This document shows positions 6,230 through 13,525 of a stretch of 18,719 nt of DNA, one piece after another. A program made the translations under genes and the position numbers. Each line of letters begins with the position of its first letter. Positions within the stretch are counted from its first letter, which is position 1. This stretch comes from an uncultured Myxococcales bacterium (GTDB lineage Bacteria; Myxococcota; UBA4151): contig CAXGWI010000063.1 of the NCBI GenBank assembly GCA_964013405.1, positions 1 to 18,719 on the forward strand. Direction: 5' to 3'. The notes under the pieces are model-generated. The model was not told the DNA's origin, did not search any database, and was given only the letters and a program-made list of their open reading frames with translations.

Positions 6230-7518
6230 TCAACAGGGATTCGCTCAAGTACCTGTTTGCTCGTTTGGGTGGCTACGGTGCGAGTAGCGTTGTGGACGCT
6301 CTCGCAGCCTTCGTCATTTCCGTCGCATTGGGCCGGTTGTTCGGCTCGGCCGTTCTCGGTGATTACGTTTTTGCCCAAGGCGTTGGCATCCTTGTGAGCC
6401 TGTTGATCGGGCTCGGGGTCAGTCACAGCCTCCTGGTTCAGTCGGCCCGTGGTGACGGTGACCGGGGGCGGATTCTACGGCGCGCAATTCGGCTGACACT
6501 CGCCCTTCAAGGGGCCGGTTTTTTGATTGGTCTGCTCGTGGTCTGGATTGTTGTCGCTGGTGATCGCAGTCAGGCCCACACCTATCTCTTCGTTTTATTG
6601 CCCGGCTTGGCGACGGTCAGTTCTGTCTTCTTCGCTTATGGTGCGGGTTGTGATCAACTCCAGCCCTATGTGGGGGTCCGCCTCGGGGTGGCGGTCTCCA
6701 AAGTTCTCCTGCTATGTGGTTTTTTCCTCGCTGGATTCAGTGCCGTTGCCTTTGCTCAGTTGCTCATCTGCATTGAATCTGTGGGGGTCTTTGGTGGCCT
6801 CTGGTCTATATGGCGCCACCACCCAGCCGGTCTGAAGGGCCCGTGGCGGTTCGAACGAGAGGATTTAGCTTGGCTTCGCTCAAGCGCCCATCTCGGCATT
6901 AGTCAGTTCGTGGGGCAAGTCACGCTCCGCGTCGATGCGGTGATGATTCGCCTCCTGCTCAGTCGGGAGGCCGCCGGAATCTACGGTGCGGCTCGGACTC
7001 TTGCTGCTGCACCCAGAGTTCTAGAAAATGCCCTTTTGCTTGCGCTCACACCCAAGCAGGGCAAAGCAGCGAAAAGGGGAGGCTCTGAACTTTGGAGTCT
7101 CACGGGACGCATTCTCGGGTGGGTGATCGCGCTTACTGCCCTTGAGATTGTCATTCTTGGCGTCTTCGCCCCGTATCTCGTGCTCGGGATTTATGGGCCG
7201 GAGTATCAGGAGTCCATTCTGCCGATGCGCTTGTTGCTCTTTGCCCTGCCATTGACTGGATCGGCAGTCATCTTGAGGTCTGCAGCGTATTGCGCCGACC
7301 GGGCACCGGCTGTGACCCGAGTCGCCCTGGTCGTGGGGGCAGTAAATGTCATCGGCAATGCCGCCCTGATTCCCTTTTTTGGGCTCTACGGAGCCGTTGC
7401 CGCGAGCCTATTTTCCCTTGTGATTTGGTCCTGGGGCCTAGCGAGAATCGTCGCTGAGCCACTCCCCACTGCGGCCGCCCCCCTTGCCGAGGAGTCGGAC
7501 GCCGGTGATCTGAGCTGA
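6220..7518 (+). CDS. Oligosaccharide flippase, Wzx/MOP superfamily
   Basis: About 12 TM segments, with motifs LGRLFGSAVLGDY, LRVDAVMI..L..EAAGIYGAA, GIYGPEY..S and N..LIPFFGLYGAVAAS. The exact start is uncertain. Confidence 0.85.
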   Translation: MPVINRDSLKYLFARLGGYGASSVVDALAAFVISVALGRLFGSAVLGDYVFAQGVGILVSLLIGLGVSHSLLVQSARGDGDRGRILRRAIRLTLALQGAGFLIGLLVVWIVVAGDRSQAHTYLFVLLPGLATVSSVFFAYGAGCDQLQPYVGVRLGVAVSKVLLLCGFFLAGFSAVAFAQLLICIESVGVFGGLWSIWRHHPAGLKGPWRFEREDLAWLRSSAHLGISQFVGQVTLRVDAVMIRLLLSREAAGIYGAARTLAAAPRVLENALLLALTPKQGKAAKRGGSELWSLTGRILGWVIALTALEIVILGVFAPYLVLGIYGPEYQESILPMRLLLFALPLTGSAVILRSAAYCADRAPAVTRVALVVGAVNVIGNAALIPFFGLYGAVAASLFSLVIWSWGLARIVAEPLPTAAAPLAEESDAGDLS

Positions 7519-7923
7519 ACGCTCGACGGCTTTGACCATGTCGTAAGCGGCGAGCAAGCCAACACTGACCCCCGTGAGGGCCTCCATCTCGACGCCGGTT
7601 CGCCCGTGGCACCGTGTGGTCACGGTGAGTCGCATGCCGGCATCGGTGCCCTCGACCTCGACGTCTATCGCATCCAGTCCGAGGGGGTGGCACAGGGGAA
7701 TGAGCCGCCCGGTCTCTTTGGCCGCTTGGACGGCGGCAATTCGGGTGATGGCCGGACCATCGCCTTTACCGAGTTCACCGGCCAAGAACCGGTCTCTGAT
7801 CGATGGGCTTAGGTGTAATTCCCCCTCTGCCTTCGCCCAGCGCGCAGTGATCGGCTTATCGCCCACATCGACCATCTGGGCCCGTCCTTGCTCGTCGAGA
7901 TGGGAGAAAGGCTGATCAGTCAT
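7438..7923 (-). CDS. moaC: Cyclic pyranopterin monophosphate synthase
   Basis: SHLDEQGRAQMVDVGDK, LIPLCHPL, GVEMEALTGV, YDMVKA and KxGGRSG motifs. ATG 7923 overlaps the serS stop (ATGACTGA). Confidence 0.96.
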   Translation of the reverse strand: MTDQPFSHLDEQGRAQMVDVGDKPITARWAKAEGELHLSPSIRDRFLAGELGKGDGPAITRIAAVQAAKETGRLIPLCHPLGLDAIDVEVEGTDAGMRLTVTTRCHGRTGVEMEALTGVSVGLLAAYDMVKAVERSAQITGVRLLGKGGGRSGEWLSDDSR

Positions 7924-9193
7924 GGGGCTCAAGCACGGCGAGCCCGTTCATATAGGGGCGGAGCACTTCGGGGATCACAACGCTGCCATCGGCCCGCTGG
8001 TTGTTTTCGAGGAGCGGGATGAGAATGCGGGGGCTTGCGATCGCTGTGTTGTTGAGGGTGTGACAGAAGCGGGGCTTTTCCCCGGCACTGGGCCGATAGC
8101 GGATCTTACTCCGGCGGGCCTGGAAGTCGTGCAGGGAGGAACAACTATGGGTTTCACAATAGGCCTGGCGACTGGGCATCCAACTCTCGATCTCGTGTTT
8201 GCGGGCCTGTCCCATGCCCAACTCACCGGTACAGGCAACGGCCACCCGGTAGGGCATCCCCAAGGCTTGCAGAATCTCTTCCGAGTTACCCAGCAGGCGG
8301 TGGTGCTCTTCGAGACTCAAGGCTTCGTCGGCCTCGATGATGCTGACTTGTTCCACTTTTTGGAATTGGTGGACTCGGTAGAGTCCCCGCGTGTCCTTAC
8401 CGTAGCTGCCCGCCTCCCGCCGGAAGCATGTGGACCAGCCGGCATAGCGCTTAGGCAACGAGTCGGCGTCGAGAATTTCCTCGCGGTGAATAGAGCACAG
8501 CGGCACCTCGCTGGTCCCGACGAGGTAGAGTTCATCCTTTTCCATGGCGTAGGTGTCTTCCCGCCCAAGAGGGAAGAAGCCGGTCCCCACCATGGCCTTG
8601 TCGGTCACCAGAAGGGGGGCGACCACCGGTGTAAAGCCCTGGCCCATCAGGTGATCCATGGCAAAGCGGGTGACGGCATATTCAAGCATCGCACCATGGC
8701 CTGTCAGCAAATAGGAGCGCCCTCCAGCGAAGCGGGCAGCACGCTCAAAGTCCGCAAGTCCGAGATTTTTGCACAGGCTCACATGGTCGAGTGGCTCGAA
8801 ATCAAACTCCGGTAGCTCACCCACTCTTCGAACTTCGACGTTATCCTCATCGCCGGTCCCGTCGGGGATCCCGTCGACGGGGAGTCCGGGGACGCTGAGC
8901 ATGAGGGTTTCGAAGCGGATCTCGAGGTCCCGCAGCGCGCTTTCCTTTTCGCCTAGGGTTTCCCGCACACTGCGCATGTCTGCGATCGCCGCCTGTTTCT
9001 CCTCGCCTTGCATTTTGGGGATGCGGGCGCTGACTTCATTGCGCTGCGCCCGCAGCTGTTCGCAGTCGGCCAAGACCGTAAGTCGTTGTCGGTCCACGTC
9101 GAGAAGTTCATCGATATCGACCTGGAATTTTTTGCGGCGAACGGCCTCTTTGACGGCCGCGGTATTTTCCCGAATCAACTGGATGTCGAGCAT
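7916..9193 (-). CDS. serS: Seryl-tRNA synthetase
   Basis: MLDI start, N-terminal coiled coil, GTSE, CFRREAGSYGKDTRGLYRVHQFQKVEQ (motif 2), HTLNNT and VVIPEVLRPYM. Confidence 0.99.
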   Translation of the reverse strand: MLDIQLIRENTAAVKEAVRRKKFQVDIDELLDVDRQRLTVLADCEQLRAQRNEVSARIPKMQGEEKQAAIADMRSVRETLGEKESALRDLEIRFETLMLSVPGLPVDGIPDGTGDEDNVEVRRVGELPEFDFEPLDHVSLCKNLGLADFERAARFAGGRSYLLTGHGAMLEYAVTRFAMDHLMGQGFTPVVAPLLVTDKAMVGTGFFPLGREDTYAMEKDELYLVGTSEVPLCSIHREEILDADSLPKRYAGWSTCFRREAGSYGKDTRGLYRVHQFQKVEQVSIIEADEALSLEEHHRLLGNSEEILQALGMPYRVAVACTGELGMGQARKHEIESWMPSRQAYCETHSCSSLHDFQARRSKIRYRPSAGEKPRFCHTLNNTAIASPRILIPLLENNQRADGSVVIPEVLRPYMNGLAVLEPHD

Positions 9194-9197
9194 GGGC

Positions 9198-9860
9198 TTA
9201 CTCCGGGTCTTCGGGCAGCGGGACGAGATCGAGACTGACGGGGAAGCGGTCTTCGACCAAGCCTTTCACGGCCCGGGCAAATTGCTGGATCTCCCATTGG
9301 CTGTGGTGATCCATCCGCAGCCGCAGAAAGTGCATGACGGCTTGCAGTGAAGCCGTCCAGTAACACTCTGAGTACATGGCCAAGGGCATCACCATACGGG
9401 CTTGCTCCTTACAAACACCCAGTTGGAGGAGCGCCTCGTAGGCTTCGTATTGTTGGCTCAGAACTTGGCTGTAGATCGCGGAGGCCCCGTCTTGGTCTTC
9501 CACGCTGCCCTTCGAACCCTGTTTGTTGCTTTCGTGCTGCTCCCGCCAGTTGCTGGGCTCGTAGAATTCGTAATCGAACTTCACGTAGCGGCCCGAGATC
9601 TCATTCCAGGCACAACCCACTTGATGTTTCATCCATTGGCGCAAAACAAAGATGGGCGCCTTCAAATGAAACTGAACCGTGGCATGGCGAAACGGAGATG
9701 TGTGTTCGTGGCGCCATAGATAACGCACAAGCTTTTCATCGCCCGTGCCCATTTCATCTTTTCGCTTGCCGAAACTAACCCTGGCCGCGTTGACCACATT
9801 CAGGTCGCTGCCCATGGCATCGACGATGTTAACAAAGCCCTTGTCGAGCACTTTGACCAT
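9198..9860 (-). CDS. thyX: Flavin-dependent thymidylate synthase
   Basis: VNAARVSF, HTSPF, APIFVLRQWMKH..WNEISGRY, EQARMVMP and LRMDHHSQWEI motifs. Start moved to ATG 9860, which has GGGGAGGA 8 nt upstream. Confidence 0.96.
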   Translation of the reverse strand: MVKVLDKGFVNIVDAMGSDLNVVNAARVSFGKRKDEMGTGDEKLVRYLWRHEHTSPFRHATVQFHLKAPIFVLRQWMKHQVGCAWNEISGRYVKFDYEFYEPSNWREQHESNKQGSKGSVEDQDGASAIYSQVLSQQYEAYEALLQLGVCKEQARMVMPLAMYSECYWTASLQAVMHFLRLRMDHHSQWEIQQFARAVKGLVEDRFPVSLDLVPLPEDPE

Positions 9861-9988
9861 CGAGTGAATCCTCCCCCTGGCGGCCGGGGCATAGCTTGGC
9901 TCTTCCCAGAGAACAACGGGGGCTTGCACTTAGGGGCGAGTCCGGGCCACAAGCCCGGGCAGCAAAGGCTTTTCGGAGGCCGCCTAGA

Positions 9989-11515
9989 ATGTTGTTGAAT
10001 CTCCTTTTGATCGTGGCCGCGATCCCCGGCGCAACCAACCCTCGTACCCTGGTTCTCGGACCGAAGGTGAACAGCGCCAGCGAGGATGTTCGGCTCAGTG
10101 CCGTGGCCAAGTTGGCCGAAGCGCTTGAAGATTCAAAGCTGATGACTCGGCGCTTGAGCAACGGCAACCTGATCGATTTCAAGGGCAAGGAGCTCCTGCG
10201 TACACCCATCGCTGTGATGCTCCGGTCTTTGCTGCAGGCCGGCTGCGAGCAGGAGATCTGCGCAAAGGAGCTGCGCAAGGCCTTTAGCCGCTTGGGTGCG
10301 GTGGCCCGGGTGACGATTGAGCCCCTCAACAAAGATAAAGGTGCTCTGGTGACGGTCTGGGTTCGCGGGATCAGTCGAGACGGGGCCTATGGGCAACGGA
10401 TTGAGCGCCGCGCAGTGATCGAAAAGGTTGATCCGGAAACCGTCGGCAATGTGGTGGCCCAGCTGGGCAAGGGGATCAGCGATTACCGGCCTGCGCCCAT
10501 CAGTGACCCGCCAACCCTCGTTCGGCCGCCGGCGAAGAAGCCCCAGGAGCAGGCTGTCGTGACCTTGACGGACTTGGCCCCCTGGAAGGTGATCGCTGAC
10601 CAGCGGGCCAAGCAACTGGCCGCGGCCCTTGATGCTCAGCGCAAAGAGCGTGAGGCCAAGGCGGCGGCGATTCAGGCTGAGCGCGAGGCCGAGTTGCAGA
10701 AAATTCGTGACGCTCGCAATGCGGAGGAGACCGAGCGGGCTGCCAAGGCGAAGGCCGAGATGGACGCCAGAAACGCGTCTCGGGCCGCCGCGCTCAAGAA
10801 GTGGCAGTCAAGGAATGTGGGCGGTGAGTTCATGCTTCGTGGCGGCGCTTCTCGGGTCGAGGGCGGAGGGGTGACCCCGAGTTTGGCCGGAAACCTGCGT
10901 TTGCCCGTGGGCGAGGGAGGGCTCAGGCTGGCCCTTGGGGTTGAGGTCGGCACCATGCCGCTGGAAGCGGTGATGAACGAGCAATCGGAGAAGCTAGAGA
11001 GTTGGCTGCAGTTGACGCCAAGTATGGAACCCGAGGGCTGCGCGGGTAAATCCATCCAAAACTGCCAACACCAGTTTTGGTACCTGTTGAGCTACCACCG
11101 CTTCGTGAATTTCCTGAGCGGTCGGCTGGATATCCCCGTCGTGATGGGGAATGGTGGGCTTGGTTTCTATCTCGGCGGTGACCTGGGCCTGGCGATTACC
11201 CATGGCAGTATTCTTCAGTTGCAGATGCAGGTGAATGAGTCGGGCGATGTCTTAGAGCGGACGGGGCAGGAGGTTCGCACGACCAACGAGAGCTTCACCT
11301 GGGCCGGCCTCCAGTACGGCGGGCAGGTGGGTGTGTGGGCGCAGATGCCCAACATCCCGATTACGCTGAGTGTTGGCTATCGAGTCACCCGGGTTGGGCT
11401 TAACGGCGTCGAGACCATGCGTGGTCCCATTTTTGAGAATCCGGCCGTCGATCCGACCTTTGCAGGTAGCTTCGATCGCCAGCAATTCATGGTCGACCTG
11501 GGATACCGCTTCTAG
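9989..11515 (+). CDS. Hypothetical outer-membrane protein: signal peptide, globular domain, Pro linker, Ala/Lys/Glu coiled coil, C-terminal beta-barrel
   Basis: ATG 9989 with GGAGG at 9975-9979 and a hydrophobic N-terminus. Contains an AEREAELQKIRDARNAEETERAAKAKAE helical tract, alternating amphipathic beta-strands and a C-terminal VDLGYRF beta-signal. Confidence 0.75.
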   Translation: MLLNLLLIVAAIPGATNPRTLVLGPKVNSASEDVRLSAVAKLAEALEDSKLMTRRLSNGNLIDFKGKELLRTPIAVMLRSLLQAGCEQEICAKELRKAFSRLGAVARVTIEPLNKDKGALVTVWVRGISRDGAYGQRIERRAVIEKVDPETVGNVVAQLGKGISDYRPAPISDPPTLVRPPAKKPQEQAVVTLTDLAPWKVIADQRAKQLAAALDAQRKEREAKAAAIQAEREAELQKIRDARNAEETERAAKAKAEMDARNASRAAALKKWQSRNVGGEFMLRGGASRVEGGGVTPSLAGNLRLPVGEGGLRLALGVEVGTMPLEAVMNEQSEKLESWLQLTPSMEPEGCAGKSIQNCQHQFWYLLSYHRFVNFLSGRLDIPVVMGNGGLGFYLGGDLGLAITHGSILQLQMQVNESGDVLERTGQEVRTTNESFTWAGLQYGGQVGVWAQMPNIPITLSVGYRVTRVGLNGVETMRGPIFENPAVDPTFAGSFDRQQFMVDLGYRF

Positions 11516-11621
11516 GCGACCTCCCGGTCCGCCCAGAACTCTTGGCAGGAAGCCCATGCGACAAGGCCTTTCGTCCCGGAGCGCTCTGGTGTAGCGGGGT
11601 TGCCGACGAAAAGAGGCCTCC

Positions 11622-12128
11622 ATGACTGAGAAGAGTTTGCTCTCAACCTTACAGGGCCTTTGTGAGGGGGCTTCTGATCAGCGCAGTTTTATCGATGCCG
11701 AAGGTTACCTTGAGCTGATTCGACCCACTGACGATGGGGATCAGGAGCCCCTCGGTCTCGCCGTGCGGATCGATCCGGCCGATGATAAGGCTTACCTGGT
11801 CCTCCGTGTTCATCTCGACCCCGTCGTCCTTGATGCCAAGCGAGTGGATGCTGAACAGGTCATCCAAGCCGCGGCCGATTACCTTTTTCGTTACTTCGAA
11901 GAGGAGAGCCGTTTCCTTGTGACGGACTTGGACTGTTATGGCGATCCCGACGAGGCGGGCATTTTGCGGGTCCTCGATGATGAGGACCTCGACGGTGACC
12001 CCCCGGTTGCGGTCGAACTCTTCGGTGTCCAACTGTCCCCCGAACAGTCCCTGGAGGAATTGGGGAATGAACTGCTGGGAGAATTGGTTCTTGCAGCGCC
12101 GATCGAGGTCGGTGGCGCTAGCCAGTGA
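11622..12128 (+). CDS. Acidic hypothetical protein (168 aa)
   Basis: AAGAGG upstream, fills the gap before aroF, strongly D/E-rich; no family recognised. Confidence 0.75.
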   Translation: MTEKSLLSTLQGLCEGASDQRSFIDAEGYLELIRPTDDGDQEPLGLAVRIDPADDKAYLVLRVHLDPVVLDAKRVDAEQVIQAAADYLFRYFEEESRFLVTDLDCYGDPDEAGILRVLDDEDLDGDPPVAVELFGVQLSPEQSLEELGNELLGELVLAAPIEVGGASQ

Positions 12129-12145
12129 TATAGAGAAGGCGGAGG

Positions 12146-12979
12146 GTGTCTGAGATGGATCTGGATAAACTGAAGATTGCCCGGCGAGGACCGGAGCGAT
12201 GTGAAGTTTGTCTACCCCACGGCGTGACCGTGGGAGGCGGAGCCAATTTTACGCTGTTTGCCGGGCCCTGCTCGGTGGAGAGTGAAGCTCAGATTCAGGA
12301 GACAGCGGCGCTTGTGGCCGCCGCCGGTGGGCGGGTGCTGCGAGGGGGGGCCTTTAAGCCGAGAACCAGCCCCTACAGCTTTAGAGGTCTGGGGGGCGAG
12401 GGGCTGGCTCTGATGCGTCAAGCAGCGGATGACCACAGCCTCGCCATGGTCACCGAAGTCCTCCATATCGGTCAGGTTGATCTGGTGGCCCAGTACACGG
12501 ACATGCTGCAGGTTGGCAGCCGCAACATGCAGAACTTCGAGCTGTTGGAGGCCGTGGGCGGGACCGGAATGCCTGTTTTACTCAAGCGAGGGCTTGCCGC
12601 CACCGTTGAAGAAACCCTGATGGCCGCCGAGTACATTGCGCTGGCCGGCAGTGAGCAGATCGTCCTCTGTGAGCGGGGGATTCGAACCTTTGAGCCCTCA
12701 AGCCGAAACACCCTGGATTTAAATTCAGCCCTTCGCCTTCAGGCCCTCTCATGCCTGCCTGTGATCGTCGATCCATCCCATGGCACGGGGCGCCGAGAAA
12801 TGGTGGTCCCCATGGCCCTCGCAACCCGGGTTCTTGGTCTCGACGGGGTGATGGTCGAGATCCACCCCCAGCCCGACCAAGCCTTTTCCGACGGAGCCCA
12901 GAGCTTGGACCCGGCCCGCCTGGACGAACTGGCGCAGAAGCTGGCTCTGATTCCACCGGAAGCGGTTGCTGAAGCCTAA
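12146..12979 (+). CDS. aroF: 3-deoxy-7-phosphoheptulonate (DAHP) synthase, type I-beta, catalytic barrel only
   Basis: AGPCSVE, RGGAFKPRTSPYSF, QVGSRNMQNF, LLKRG, LCERGIRTF, DPSHGTG, MVEIHP and SDGAQSL motifs. Confidence 0.96.
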   Translation: MSEMDLDKLKIARRGPERCEVCLPHGVTVGGGANFTLFAGPCSVESEAQIQETAALVAAAGGRVLRGGAFKPRTSPYSFRGLGGEGLALMRQAADDHSLAMVTEVLHIGQVDLVAQYTDMLQVGSRNMQNFELLEAVGGTGMPVLLKRGLAATVEETLMAAEYIALAGSEQIVLCERGIRTFEPSSRNTLDLNSALRLQALSCLPVIVDPSHGTGRREMVVPMALATRVLGLDGVMVEIHPQPDQAFSDGAQSLDPARLDELAQKLALIPPEAVAEA

Positions 12980-13525
12980 ATGGGGGGCTTTGCAGTGAAC
13001 AAGGTCTCGATTCTTCTTCATGGTCCCCGCGGGGCCGGGAAATCAACTCTTGGGCCTCTGCTTGCCGACGATATGGATCTGCCTTTTTTTGATCTGGATC
13101 GCTTGGTTGAGAGTCGAGCAGGCCTTCGTATTCACGAGATCGTTGATACGGAGGACTGGGAGCGCTTCCGGAGCCTGGAGAGGCGTGTTTTCGACGACTT
13201 AATGCGCCGCAACAGTGGGGCCATGGTTCTCGCCGTCGGTGGCGGCTTTGTGGCTGAAGGGGAGCGACTCGGCGTTTTGCGGCAGCGATTTGCCCAGCGA
13301 ATTTGGCTCGACCTTCCCCCGGCGTTTCAGGCCGACCGCATTCTCGATCAAACCAGTCAGCGTCCGAAGTTAACCCAGGCGGCGAACTGGGATCAGGAAT
13401 TCGCTGTGCTCGACCGTCAAAGGCGGCCTCTCGACGAGGCCTTAGCCACCCTTAGGGTGGATGCGACGCCGCCGGTCCAGGTGCTTCGAGCGTCTCTGAA
13501 TCAGCATCTTCGATCGGCTGACTGA
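12980..13525 (+). CDS. aroK: Shikimate kinase
   Basis: Walker A GPRGAGKST, DLD, FRSLE, GGG and lid RP motif; directly follows aroF. The start may be GTG 12995. Confidence 0.92.
   Translation: MGGFAVNKVSILLHGPRGAGKSTLGPLLADDMDLPFFDLDRLVESRAGLRIHEIVDTEDWERFRSLERRVFDDLMRRNSGAMVLAVGGGFVAEGERLGVLRQRFAQRIWLDLPPAFQADRILDQTSQRPKLTQAANWDQEFAVLDRQRRPLDEALATLRVDATPPVQVLRASLNQHLRSAD

Noticed and set aside
4517..6248. Multiple long overlapping ORFs within or antisense to the Cys-rich gene
   Set aside because: These arise from stop-poor GC-rich repetitive coding sequence. Only 4589-6229 has a coherent signal peptide and repeat structure.
7922..8815. 297-aa ORF antisense to serS
   Set aside because: It is an in-register shadow ORF expected from high-GC codon bias, and it has no recognisable motifs.
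9861..9988. Apparent head-to-head overlap of the thyX (to 9929) and 9896 ORFs
   Set aside because: Better starts with strong Shine-Dalgarno sequences (9860 and 9989) leave a normal 128-nt divergent intergenic region.
11534..11573. Short words CAGAACTC and GACAAGGCCTT shared with the tRNA upstream region (18583-18604)
   Set aside because: The matches are only 8 and 11 nt with different spacing, so they cannot be distinguished from chance.
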